From Octopus vulgaris (lineage: Eukaryota): a DNA stretch of 64,000 bases. The position numbers and the translations under genes were made by a program. Of this stretch, positions 1 to 12,069 are shown one piece after another (position 1 is the first letter of the stretch; the number at the start of each line of letters is the position of its first letter). Under the pieces are notes generated by a model. The model had not been told where the DNA came from. It made no database searches and saw nothing but the letters and a program-made list of their open reading frames with translations. The stretch covers positions 131,502,001 to 131,566,000 of the forward strand of contig OX597818.1 in assembly GCA_951406725.2 (NCBI GenBank), written 5' to 3'.

Positions 1-482
1 ATTTTATTTCTGTTTTATCTCCTTAGCCTTTTCATCTCTCTCTTTCTCTCACTTTTCATCTCTCTCTTTCTCTCATCATTTTTTCCTGTCTCTTTCCGTT
101 TCTTATCTTTCTCTCTTTCCCTTTCCCCTTTCAGCCTCTCTCTCTTTCTCTCTCTCTCTCTATGTCTCTCTCTCTCTCTCTCTCTCTCTCCAATCTCTCC
201 TAATCTTCTCTATCCCTTTCTCTCTCTTTCAGCTACTCCTTTTCCTCATCTCCTCTCCTTACTTCTCCTCAATCTCTGTCCTTTTCCCCCTTTTTTTTTC
301 TCTACTGGCTGCTCCCTTTTCCTAATCATCTCCTCCTACTTCAACCCAATCCCTCCTATTTCTCTGTATCTTTCTCCTCTTCTCAGATTAAGAGCTCTTT
401 TTCTGTCCATGCTTCTTTCTCTTGCAAGCCCCCCTCCTTTCTCTCTCCCTTCTCTTGGACAACATTCAATCCTCCCCCTTTT
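1..482. repeat. Pyrimidine-rich (CT/TC) low-complexity tract
   Basis: Almost only C/T on the + strand, with (CT)n runs. Confidence 0.9.
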
Positions 483-619
483 CTAAATCTTAAAGAAGGA
501 TTTATATGAAGCAATAAAGCAGAAGGTGCATACATGACACAGTACATGCAGTTTGGTCTTTAAAAAAAGATGAGGACAATAATAACAGTTGTGGAGGTGG
601 AGCTGGTGTTGGTGGCGTA

Positions 620-1379
620 TGTGTTGATGACAACAACAACAACAAAGATGATGACGAGAATTATGTAGGTAGTGATGATGATGATGATGATGAAGATGAT
701 GAAGATGATGAAGAATATAGTGGAGATTGGTGGTCATTGTGTGATGGTGGTGATGATCGATGACAACGATAACAGTGGTGGTGGTGGTGGTGGTGGTGGT
801 GGTAGTGGTGGTAGTGTTTGTGGTGGTGGTGGTGACTGGTTACAGTGATGGTAATAGTGGTGGTAGTGATGATGATGCTGATGATGATGAAGATGATGAA
901 TATAGTGGAGATTGCTGGTCATTGTGTGATGGTGGTGATGATCAATGACAACGATGATAGTGGTGGTGGTGATGGTGGTGGTGGTAGTGTTTGTGGTGGT
1001 GGTGGTGACTGGTTACAGTGATGGTAATAGTGGTGGTAGTGATGATGATGCTGATGATGATGAAGATGATGAATATAGTGGAGATTGCTGGTCATTGTGT
1101 GATGGTGGTGATGATCAATGACAACGATGATAGTGGTGGTGGTGTGATGATGGTGGTGGTGGTAGTGTTTGTGGTGGTGGTGGTGACTGGTTACAGTGAT
1201 GGTAATAGTGGTGGTAGTGATGATGCTGATGATGATGATGAAGATGAAGAATATAGTGGAGATTGGTGGTCATTGTGTGATGGTGGTGATGATCGATGAC
1301 AACGATGATAGTGGTGGTGATGGTGGTGGTGGTGGTGTTTGTGGGTGGTGGTGGTGACTGGTTACAGTGATGGTAATAG

Positions 1380-1420
<41 letters not shown>

Positions 1421-1540
1421 GTGGTGGCAATAATGATGACAATGGTAACGATAATAGCGATGGTTTGATAATGATGATTGTGGAAATGTTAAGAATGGTA
1501 GTGTTGGCAGTAGCATCAGAGATGACAGTGGTGACGATGA

Positions 1541-1574
<34 letters not shown>

Positions 1575-1600
1575 GGTGGTGGTGGTGGTGGTGGTGACGA
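620..1600. repeat. (GAT)n/(GGT)n region with ~180-bp higher-order tandem unit (~4 copies)
   Basis: Marker gaatatagtggagattg(g/c)tggtcattgtgtgatggtggtgatgatc recurs at ~712, 898, 1071 and 1248. Confidence 0.85.
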
Positions 1601-2414
1601 TGCCGACCACCACCACAAAGAGAGCAGATAACAGCGCACAAACATATATTTTTCACCTTGATAAGCATAACATATTCCACCGCCACATTTATCTGAACAT
1701 CAGGAGAAGGACAATCTCGATCTAAGCAACGAGAGAACGATAGAGACAGCGTGGCATACACGTGTACAGATAATCAGATATCACTACGTATTACATACAG
1801 TTTCAACTGTAAACATACAATGCTGACCTGACCAGCTTATTGCAATATAACAAAGGACAATAACCAGTAAGGAAGGCCCTTACATGATCTGTTGATGTGC
1901 TAGAAATAGCAGCAAAATCTCCATGAAGTTCTACCCAATTGTTAGCTAAGAGTTGTATGTGTTGTGAGAAGTGGGTAATGGTCACATGATGTAAAGTAAT
2001 CCTAGATGTATGAAACCGGAAGGAGGAGAGTATGGTCATGGCTGGAATGCATTTGATCGCAGATTAGTTCAATCAAGGCTAACCATGGGCTTAACAACAA
2101 CAACAGCAATGGTATAATAAAGCACAATAGCTAAACAGTGTGTGCTAGAGCGTAGAATATAAGATATTTATATAATATGTCAGCATCATACATTTACATT
2201 ATCTGTAAATATGCACTGGCAACCAAGCGACTTATCAGGATATCAAGAACAACAAAAAATGCGTTCAGTGTAGAATGAGTGTGTGTGTGTGGAGGGAGAG
2301 GGTGTGTGTGTGTGCGTGTGCATATGTATGTGTATATATATATATATACATATATGACTATGTTTGTGTATACACATGTAAACACATACGTTTACATACA
2401 CACATATGTATAGC

Positions 2415-2461
<47 letters not shown>

Positions 2462-2507
2462 ATCTCTCTCTCTCTCTCTATATATATATATAAATGTGTA
2501 TGTGCAG

Positions 2508-2538
<31 letters not shown>

Positions 2539-2648
2539 TGACTATGTTTGTGTATACACATGTAAATACATACATTTACATACACACATATGTATAGCTA
2601 CATATATATGTGTGTGTGTGTGTGTGTGTGTCTATATATATATATATA

Positions 2649-2721
2649 GGTTCCATGGTGTAGTGGTTATCACATCTGCTTAACACGCAGAAGGTCGTGA
2701 GTTTGAAACTCGCTGGAACCT
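2649..2721 (+). tRNA. tRNA-Val(AAC) copy, probably a retro-pseudogene
   Basis: Cloverleaf: acceptor GGTTCCA/TGGAACC, D stem GTG/CAC, anticodon arm TCTGC-TTAACAC-GCAGA (AAC at 2682-2684), T arm GTGAG-TTTGAAA-CTCGC. The T loop has TTT instead of TTC, the discriminator is T, and there is no clean T4 terminator. Confidence 0.8.
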
Positions 2722-2999
2722 AACAAGGCATTTCTTGTCCAACCCGTGCTAGTGCGGAAAACGGACGTTAAACGATGATGATGATATATATATATATACA
2801 TAAGTGTGTATGTGCAGATATGTGGATATATATATACATGTGTGTGTGCATGAAGATATATAGATATATGTGTGTGTATGTACACGTGTGTATAAATGGA
2901 TATATATGTGATGGCTTCTCCCATTGAAGATGGTGTATGAGCGTTCAGCTTTGCCAAATGACCTACATCATAAATGAATTGTTTATAGTTCATCCTGCA

Positions 3000-3200
3000 C
3001 ATTAGCTCACTCTCCCCATCAAATCGACATTGTCTGAACAGGTGCACTGTGTGCCATGTGACAGGTGTCAAACTGATTGCAGACCAATGTGAGATGAAGT
3101 GTTTTGCTCAAGAACACAATGCACCACCTGGTCTAAGGATTGAAATTATGACATACCGATCAGGAGTGCAACACCCTAACCACTAAGCCATGCACCCTCA
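3000..3200 (-). mobile_element. Old tRNA-derived SINE (family E head, distinct tail)
   Basis: Minus strand reads gcatggcttagtggttagggtgttg...gtgttcttgagcaaaacacttcatctcac, with an A-box and the central domain shared with 21604-21947. Confidence 0.7.
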
Positions 3201-3850
3201 CAGACATATATATATATATATATATATATAATAACAATATAATAAATAAAACATATGCATATATACATACATATATGTACATACTTACATCTATATGTAT
3301 ATATAAATGCATATATGAGTACAGGACACCACAAATAAACATAGAACACAACAAGAAACGAAAATATAAAATCAAACAAGGAAACGAAAAAACAATACAA
3401 GGAAAATTCCCCTTCATCAGGTGCCCCTGGTTCGACTCAATGCGTGTTTCAAAGGTAAGGGCATATATATATATTCATACACACACACACACACACACAA
3501 AGTGGTAGGCTGGCAGGATTGTTAGTACATGAGACAAAATGCTTAGCAACATTTCTTCTGTCTCTTAATGTTCTGGGTTCAAATTCTACCAAGGTCGACA
3601 TCACCTTACATCCTTTGATGGTACTTGAAATATAATTATATAATTATAATTTATGTATATATATATATAAGAACATAAAATGTTTCAGAAGCACTTTTTT
3701 TATTGATGAACAAACCAATTACATCATGAAAAGCACAATTTTCTTCTGGTGAATAAAAATTTATATTCAAAATTTAACATTTAAGATTTGGCTTATAATG
3801 AATATATTTTTTCACTCCCTTATTTTGGTGATGATCAGAAAGTATAATAT

Positions 3851-3888
<38 letters not shown>

Positions 3889-4551
3889 ATGGACACATAT
3901 GCACATAGGCATATGCACATATATATATATATAAATGTACATGTATGTCATAAGCCTCATTGTAATGCCTAATTGTCCATACTTTCCAGGGTCAGATAAC
4001 ATTTTCTTTTCAAGGAAGAATTTTCTATGGCTGCATGCTTCACTGATGCTAACCCTCAACTGTCTCCAAGCAAGGTACTAATTCTCTCAGACTATTGAAC
4101 AACAAACAACTCAGACATGCTTCTGAAGAAGCCAGCAAAGAAACAAATGACACCATTTCTATGAATGATGATGGAAAGACAATACTTTTGTTACAACCAG
4201 TAGGTACATGCCAAGGAATGTCTAGAAGTCTGGGCATGTCTATGCAGCAGACTCTACACTTACGACATTATATGACCAGTGAGGTTTTATTTACAATCAA
4301 CATGTGCATGTCAATTTGAGAGGAGTATGCATCCAGTCACACATGCAAGAATATCTTCCTTCTTCAGATTTTCTTGTCTCTGTAGCTCTCTTTAGCTCTT
4401 AGCCTGTTGCCATTTACCATTAGTTTACATTGATGGGCACCTTATTATTTCGTATACACAGCAAATTATTCACTGCACACAACCTTCTGTCTATCTCATT
4501 TCCTGATTAGTATAAAGTTTAATTGGATTATGTCTATACCTGAGTCATAGG

Positions 4552-4810
4552 CAGAACTGGTGTTAGGAAGTGCAGGCCCTAATTAGAGAACTGTCAGTAG
4601 GGCCCGCTACTCTACAATAGCTGAATATTGATATTTTATGTATTGTGTAGTATGCCAGTCCCTGCCAAAAAGGGTTGAGAGCTTGAGGCTCCACCATTAG
4701 CCACAATGATATACTAAAAATCCATCATAGTGTCCTCCACTCAAGCAAGTGCACAGGGCCCTCTCCATGGCACAAGGCCCAATTTGAACAAATCTGTATT
4801 ATTGGCCCTG
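4552..4810. mobile_element. Degenerate hAT-type MITE
   Basis: Ends cagaactgg...ttggccctg (CAGGGCC-like TIR); 8-bp flanks gtcatagg/gtcacagg. Confidence 0.5.
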
Positions 4811-4981
4811 GTCACAGGTGACTAAATGGGTAACTAGTTTCCTAAAGGTAGTGTTGCAGATGGCCTATTTGCATAGATTTGATCCCTATTCATTCCCTGT
4901 ATCATAATTATAGCAATCATCTACATTGAAATAACTATCATAGTGTTGCTCCAAATGTTCATAAATGCTCATTATAGTCAC

Positions 4982-5140
4982 GGAGTGGTTGGCGTTAGGA
5001 AGGGCATCCAGCTGTAGAAACATTGCCAGATAAGACCGGAGCCTGGTGCAGCCTTCTGGCTTCCCAGATCCCCGGTCGAACCGTCCAACCCATGCTAGCA
5101 TGGAGAACGGACGTTAAACGATGATGATGATGATGATGAT
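4982..5140 (+). mobile_element. RTE-LINE 3' tail element (family D) ending in (GAT)n
   Basis: ggagtggttggcgttaggaagggcatccagctgtagaaac...ggacgttaaacgatgatgat; the same tail ends the RTE fragment at 22029-23455. Flanked by a 45-bp duplication. Confidence 0.85.
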
Positions 5141-5444
5141 CATAGTGTTACTCCAAATGTTCATAAATGCACATTAAAGTCACCAGTTATGATGTAATGA
5201 TGATATTGAGATCACAAGCATCTCTTTTTTGAGGTATTCTGATGAAAGGTCTCATAGAAATGGTTGTCTCGTGTTTCCCTCAGTCAGTTCTCAATGTTGT
5301 GTGTGTGTGTGCAATGATCACTGCGGCTGTTGTGTAACCTATGCCTCATTCAAGCATAATTATTCTGTCACATATTCTGAGGAAGTAATTGTAAAACTTA
5401 GGGTTAAATGCATGAGATATATCAAGACTGGGAAGAAATGTAAG

Positions 5445-6035
5445 AAGCATGCTTTGCTGGATATGTTGTAATAATGTTAGGATATGAATGAAATGATAGC
5501 ACAAAATGAACTAAGAGAAAAAAGACTGAATATATATTTCTTTACTACCCACAAGGGGCTAAGCACAGAGGGAACAAACAAGGACAGACAAACGGATTAA
5601 GTCGATTACATCGACCCCAGTGCAAAACTGGTACTTAATTTATCGTTCCCGAAAGGATGAAAGGCAAAGTCAACCTTGGCGGAATTTGAACCCAGAACGT
5701 AACGGCAAACGAAATACGGCTACGCATTTCGCCCAGCGTGCTAACGTTTGCGCCAGCTCGCTGCCTTTAAAAGACTGAATATAAGAGGGATTAGATGTTG
5801 TGTCAAAGAGAGAAGATCAAGCGAGTATGGACATGTGATGTGTATAGAAAATGACAGTTGGGTACAAAAGAGTTGATCACTCAAAGCTGAAAGAATATGT
5901 GAAAGAGGATGTTTAAGGAAAACAATGGACAAATTTGTGAAAGGTGATTTCAAAAGGCTGAACCTCATAAGAATGATAGCAAACAGTGAGGTACCCATCC
6001 AACTCATGTAGGCATGGAAGAGAAAATATAAAATG
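5445..6035 (+). mobile_element. Degenerate RTE LINE ORF C-terminus, split by a SINE B
   Basis: Translates in part IRCCVKERRSSEYGHVMCIENDSWVQKS*SLKAERICERGCLRKTMDKFVKGDFKRLNL, a decayed RRLRWYGHV...GRPRKTW motif. Confidence 0.6.
5535..5768 (-). mobile_element. SINE family B, full length
   Basis: Head ggcagcgagctggcgcaaacgttagc, B-box-like ggttcaaattcc; 15-bp TSD aaaagactgaatata at 5520-5534 and 5769-5783. Confidence 0.9.
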
Positions 6036-6740
6036 ATGGTGACATGTACATGTATGTGTGAGTATGTGCATGTGCATGTGTGTGTCATCAGTTCATATCT
6101 TCTATCCATGGGTTGCATGGATTGGACTGCTTAACAAGACCCAACAGGCTGGAGGACTATGTCATGTTTCTATGGTTTGGTTGATGTTTTTCTTAAAACT
6201 AACTATTGTAAAGACTGTACTGGACTTTTTGCATAGCTGTAGAACAAGAAAGGTTGTCTAGGAATATTCAGCACTAAAGATCCCCAATCAACTGATGGGG
6301 AAAATTAAATAGACTAGGTGGTGGTGACTTTAGGCAAGATTCTGTGTGTGTGTTTATGTAGCGAAAAATATAAGAAGGAAAATGCATAGAATGTATACAT
6401 TTTTTTATGTGATAAACTATTTATAGAGTCAACCGGTTTCACTTTTGCTAATCATGACTAAGAAATTAGTCCTTAGTCACACCCATATATATAGATACAT
6501 ACATACATATAAATATGTATATATGCATGTATCTAAGGGCACCAGTTGTAATGATATTAATATCACATGCATCTCTTTTTGAGACATGTATATTTATATA
6601 CATACATGTATATATGTATGGCTTAGCTGGCCAAAACTTTGAAGTCAATACTATACATGTTAAAGAATAATAAATTTTGTACTCTGCAAAAGTATAGAGT
6701 AACTCTTCAGATTAATACAAAATTCTTCTTCTTATAACTG

Positions 6741-6741
<1 letters not shown>

Positions 6742-6815
<74 letters not shown>

Positions 6816-6900
6816 ACATACATACATACATACATACACACACACACATACATACATACATACATACATACATACATACATACATACATACATACATACA

Positions 6901-6930
<30 letters not shown>
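6742..6930. repeat. (CA)n-(CATA)n compound microsatellite
   Basis: Read directly. Confidence 0.95.
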
Positions 6931-6931
<1 letters not shown>

Positions 6932-7249
6932 GCAAGTGTGTGTAGAATAGATTTTTCACCTGTAAACATGCATTGCTTGCCAATTATCAAGATATCAGAT
7001 GTGATCAATCAAAGTCTACAATATAATGCATGCCATCCAGAACTGTTCCAAATGTTGCAGCGACAGTAGCAATAACAGTGGCAGTAGTAGTAGTAGTAGT
7101 AATAGTAGTAAGTATTAACAACAACTATGATTGGTGTGGTGGTGGTGGTGGAGATGGCTTCAGCAATCGTGCCAGAGGTACTGGAATGGGTTGTCCTTGT
7201 TTTTGCAGGTTCACTGTAGCTTCATGTAACTAGTTTTGTGGAATTGATA

Positions 7250-8140
7250 ATGGTGACGATGATGGCAGTGGTGGTGGTCATAATAGTTGTCGTGGTGGTG
7301 GTGATGGAGATGCTGACGCTGACGTTGACAATGATGGTAGTGAGATGGTGGTCGTGGTGGTGGTCATAATAGTTGTCTCAATAGTGGTGATGGTGGTGAT
7401 GGAGATGCTGACGCTGACGTTGACAATGATGGTAGTGAGATGGTGGTCGTGGTGGTGGTGGTCATAATAGTGGTGGTAGTAGTAGTGGTGGAGGAGATGC
7501 TGACGCTGACGTTGACAAGGATGGTAGTGAGATGGTGGTCGTGGTGGTGGTCATAATAGTTGTCTCAATAGTGGTGATGGAGATGCTGACGCTGACGTTG
7601 ACAATGATGGTAGTGAGATGGTGGTCGTGGTGGTGGTCATAATAGTGGTAATGGTGGTGGTGGTAGTAGTAGTGGTGGAGGAGATGCTGAGGCTGGTATT
7701 GATAATGGTGGTGATCATGGTGGTGGTGGTGATGATGATGATAATGATGATGGTGGTGGTGATGTTGATAATGATGGTGGTGGTGATGATGGGATTAGTG
7801 GTCATGCTGGTGGTCTTGATAGTGGTGGTGATGGTGGCAATGGTGGTAATGACAGTGGTAGTGGTCGTGATACTGATGACAGCAATGACAATGGTAGTAG
7901 TGATAGTAGTGATTTTCATGATGGTAGTCTTGAAGGTGGTGGTGTGATGGTGATGGCGGTGATGGTGATGGTGGTGATGGTGATGGTGGTGATGATAAAA
8001 GTTGCATTGGTGGTGGTCATGGTGATAATAATAATGACGATGATGATAGTAGTGGTGGTGGTGGTGGTGGTGGTTGCAAGGGTGGTGGTGGTCTGATAAT
8101 GATGGTGATGACAGTGATGATGATGATGATGTGGTTGTGG
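7250..8140. repeat. GGT/GAT-rich region with ~90-bp tandem unit (4 copies, ~7305-7650)
   Basis: ggagatgctgacgctgacgttgacaatgatggtagtgagatggtggtcgtgg recurs at ~7306, 7401, 7493 and 7579. Confidence 0.85.
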
Positions 8141-8441
8141 TCCTGATTTTGAATGTTGCTGTGGTTCATTTTGTTGTTCTTGTAGCAGTAGCAGTGAAGA
8201 TAGTAGTTTTCTTGTTTTGTGTTAGTCTTTATTTCATTTTTGTTATGTTATGTTGTTTGATACTTGTTTTATTTTGTTTCTTGATAATTTTTCTTTTTGT
8301 TTTTTTTTTTGGGGGGGGGTTTGCCTTTTTACAGATCAGTTAATATTTTCTGAATAACACTTATCAAAGAACTTGCATTATCTAAACCCAAGATCTTTGG
8401 AAATAACTTTTACTTCACGCACACACACACACACACACACA

Positions 8442-8483
<42 letters not shown>

Positions 8484-9289
8484 GGCCCACACATACATGA
8501 CTGCATACAGGCATGCATACATCAAACATCTTTTACATGTTTATAAACCTTATGAATTAAATAAAGGCTTGTACTCATCTAGATACAAACATACATATAC
8601 AACAAACACACACACACACACAACTTACACACACATATATCTCAAATGTATGGTGTATGTGTGTGTACCTATAGAGAGACATATATTCCAAATGTATGGA
8701 TTACAAATCAACTGACACACACTTAGATCCAGCTGCACACACATAATTCATATTTCATGAAAGCATGCCAAATCCCCCACCGCCTAATAAGTGGATACAC
8801 CAGGTTCATACACTATGATTAATAGAACAGAATATCTAAGTTATGTTTCTACGTCTATGTCATGGCAGGTTGTAAGACTACACTTCTATGAAAGGAATAC
8901 ATCAAATTGTGAGTTTATAAGTACTTGAACAACTCAAGACAGTCTAACAACTACTTGAATTCACTCTCTTACAAGAAATAATTACCAAATCTATCTCAGA
9001 TTTTACTTTGCTATCTTTAGGTAGCAAAGTAGGTGATGGTAGTCCTGGAGGATCGGTACTGAGAAAAAGAAGGGATTTGCAGGCAGTGTTGATACAGAAA
9101 TTGTTTTCTTATTGTAAGGTTTCTGGTTCTATCCCAATATGTGATACCTTAAGCAAGAGTTTTCTACTTTAGCCCTTTAGTATTTAATCCAGCCGTATCT
9201 GGCCCAAATATTTTACGTTTTGTGTTGAAACTGACCAGATCTGACCCCTCACACCTACCCTACAATGTCATTCTAAAAATATACAAATA

Positions 9290-10100
9290 CGTAGGAGAGG
9301 TTGTGCGGTAAGTAGCTTGCTTACAAACCACATAGTTCCGGGTTCAGTCCCACTGTGTGGCACTTTGGGCAAGTGTCTTCTACTATAGACCAAAGCCTTG
9401 TGAGTGGATTTGGTAGACGGAAACTGAAAGAAGCCCGTCATATATATACTCTTTTACTCGTTACTCTTTTACTTGTTTCAGTCATTTGACTGTGGCCATG
9501 CTGGAGCACCGCCTTTAGTCGAGCAAATCGACCCAGGGACTTATTCTTTGTAAGCCCAGTACTTATTCTATCGGTTCTCTTTTGCCGAACCGCTAAGTGA
9601 CGGGGATGTAAACTCACCAGTATCGGTTGTCAAGCAATGCTAGGGGGACAAACACACACACATATATACATATATATATATACATATATACGACAGGCTT
9701 CTTTCAGTTTCCATCAACCAAATCCACTCACAAGGCATTGGTCGGCTCAGGGCTATAGCAGAAGACACTTGCCCAAGATACCACGCAGTGGGACTGAACC
9801 CGGAACCATGTGGTTGGTTAGCAAGCTACTTACCACACAGCCACTCCTGCACCTATGAATGTTTATATATATATGTATGTATGTATACACATATATGTAT
9901 GTATGTGTGTGTATACGTTTGTGTGTCTGTGTTTGTCCCCCCCCCCCCTCAACATCACTTGACAACCGATAGTAGTGTGTTTACGTCCCTGTAGCAGTTC
10001 GGCAAAAGAGACAGAGAGAATAAGTCCTAGGGTTGATTTGCTTGACTAAAGGTGGTGCTCCAGCATGGCCACAGTGAAGTGACTGAAACAAGTAAAAGAG
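9290..10100 (+). mobile_element. SINE family A (tRNA head plus CORE-like domain), interrupted
   Basis: Head at 9290-9440 and tail at ~9870-10100, separated by an inverted copy. Confidence 0.85.
9449..9853 (-). mobile_element. SINE family A, full length
   Basis: A-box tggctgtgtgg, B-box ggttcagtccc, CORE-like ttgggcaagtgtcttc, internal (TA/TG)n, tail ggcggtgctccagcatggc...gactgaaacaagtaaaagag. Confidence 0.92.
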
Positions 10101-10248
10101 TACACCATTGAAATTTTGAATTTTAAAGATAACGATGATTAATTCAAAACAATGTAAATAAATAAGCACTACATTTGACAAAAAATCTGTATGGTAAATG
10201 GTTGCTGGATTGAATCAATGTCTTTGCAAGATAAAGAACACAGGAGTC

Positions 10249-11132
10249 TGTTGAGGTTTTGATAAATAACAATTTATTATTTTCGTACACAAAAAATTAA
10301 TGTTGTCATTACTATGAATGCGAAAACATGGAGAGAGTTTTTGTTTTTGGTGTAGTTGTAACGGGAGATAAAGTGCGGTTAGTTACTTGCAAGCTACTGA
10401 CTACTAACGTTGTCCATCTTCTGACCGTTCATTGTCTTTGCGTTATCAGCTGCTGTCCACCGTCTCTGTAGGTCAACTCCTACAGTGTTTGCGAACACTC
10501 TCTCGGCTGCATCCCAAAGCTCTCTGCCCAGTAGTCATGGTGTGTGGACTTTTATACTGGTCAATAGGCTCAAAAGGAAATGTACCAAATGAAAGAATTG
10601 TTGCTGAAGCCTATCTGACATGAAGCTATGTTTACTCTTTTACTCTTTTACTCTTTTACTTGTTTCAGCCATTTGACTGCGGCCATGCTGGAGCACCGCC
10701 TTTAGTTGAGCAAATCGACCCCGGGACTTATTCTTTTATAAGCCCAGTACTTATTCTATCGGTCTCTTTTGCCGAACCGCTAAGTGACGGGGACGTAAAC
10801 ACACCAGCATCGGTTGTCAAGCAATGCTAGGGGGACAAACACAGACACGTAAACAAACACACAAATACATATATATATATATATATACATATATACAACA
10901 GGCTTCTTTCAGTTTCCGTCTACCAAATCCACTCACAAGGCATTGGTCGGCCCGAGGCTATAGCAGAAGACACTTGCCTAAGATGCCACGCAGTGGGACT
11001 GAACCAAGAACCATGTGGTTGGTAAGCAAGCTACTTACCACACAGCCACTCCTGCGCCTATGTTTGGTCAGATTTTGTTGATCATGTGGGCAATATTCTA
11101 GCAAATCATATTAGGTGACTATTCCTGCTACA
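10249..11132 (-). mobile_element. Possible solo LTR split by a SINE A
   Basis: Minus strand runs TGTAG...CAACA with TATAAAA (~10551) and AATAAA ~25 nt before the end. No matching TSD. Confidence 0.3.
10634..11058 (-). mobile_element. SINE family A, full length
   Basis: Matches the family sequence; ctatgttt duplicated on both sides. Confidence 0.92.
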
Positions 11133-11302
11133 TCTTAGAAGTAGAATTGGTTGACAGAAACAAAGAAGAAGCACATTGTTTACACACACACACACACACA
11201 TACATACACACATTCATAGACATACTGTATATACATAGTACATGCACATGTGTATGTATCTGTGTATGTATATATTCAAAATGTGGCCGCATGTGTACTG
11301 TT

Positions 11303-11492
11303 GGCGATTTTTTTTCCTCCGTCTTCTCTTCTCTGGATCTTTCCTTTTCCTATGTTTCCAACGAAGAGCTCTGCTCAAAACGTTAAACCCTCCTTCTTTC
11401 CTTTTTTCCTGAGCGTCCAATAATACTATATTTGTTCCACGTCCTCGCGTTGTTGTGTTTTCTCTTTGTGTTTTCATGTTTGGATTAACTTT
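11303..11492 (+). mobile_element. Penelope-like pLTR fragment with decayed hammerhead
   Basis: Near-identical to 23812-23998; gttt-CCAACGA-a-gagc(tct)gctc-AAAA-cg-TT-aaac at ~11354-11388. Confidence 0.6.
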
Positions 11493-11552
11493 ATACACAT
11501 ATGTGTCTAGATGCACGTGTGTGAGTAAAAGTTAATGCGCTGCACCTTTAAA

Positions 11553-11757
11553 GCAGCAAGCTGGCAGAATTGTTACCATGCTGAGAAAAATGGTTTCTTG
11601 TTCATCTGCATGTTCTGAGTTCAAATTCCACTGAGGTCAACTTTATCTTTTATCCTTTCAAGGTCAGTAAAATAAGTACAAGTTGAGTACTAGGGTCGAT
11701 GTAATTAACTTATCCCTCCTCTAAAATCAATGGCCTTGAGCCAAAATTTGAAACCAA
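11553..11757 (+). mobile_element. Older SINE family B variant
   Basis: agctggcagaattgttacc...gttctgagttcaaattccactgaggtcaacttt... Confidence 0.7.
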
Positions 11758-12069
11758 TATTCTATATCTTTACATGATTATCCAAGAAGATAATATATTG
11801 TCACTCTTTGCTTTCAAAGACCACTCTAACAGGAAAAAAAATCTCTTACTTGATATACAGGTATGGTTTGGCAACAGGAAGAGCATCTAACAGTAAATTA
11901 CAGCTTCAAATAAGCCTCCATCGAACTCATACCAGCAAGGTAAAATGAACGTAAATGAACAAAGAATAATGGCTCGAACAAGTTTAATCAAAGACATCAT
12001 TATTGATCTAGGGTAATCTGGGACAATAAAAATAACAGCTAAAATCTACTCAAGCAATTAATAACTCTG

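Larger units (their letters stand above)
9170..10203 (+). mobile_element. piggyBac-type MITE split by two nested SINE A copies
   Basis: 9170-9290 plus 10102-10203 match the TTAA-flanked element at 47451-47672. Confidence 0.65.

Noticed and set aside
483-1761. His-, Asp- and Val-rich ORFs
   Set aside because: Translations of (GAT)/(GGT) repeats on both strands, with no domain or splice evidence. The same applies to 7551-8007 and 17540-17938.
3960-4335. Possible piggyBac transposase C-terminal remnant or host exon
   Set aside because: Only faint Cys/His spacing across frameshifts; cannot be supported without TBLASTN.
5239-5275. CTGATGA...GAAA hammerhead-like spacing
   Set aside because: No pairing for stems I, II or III.
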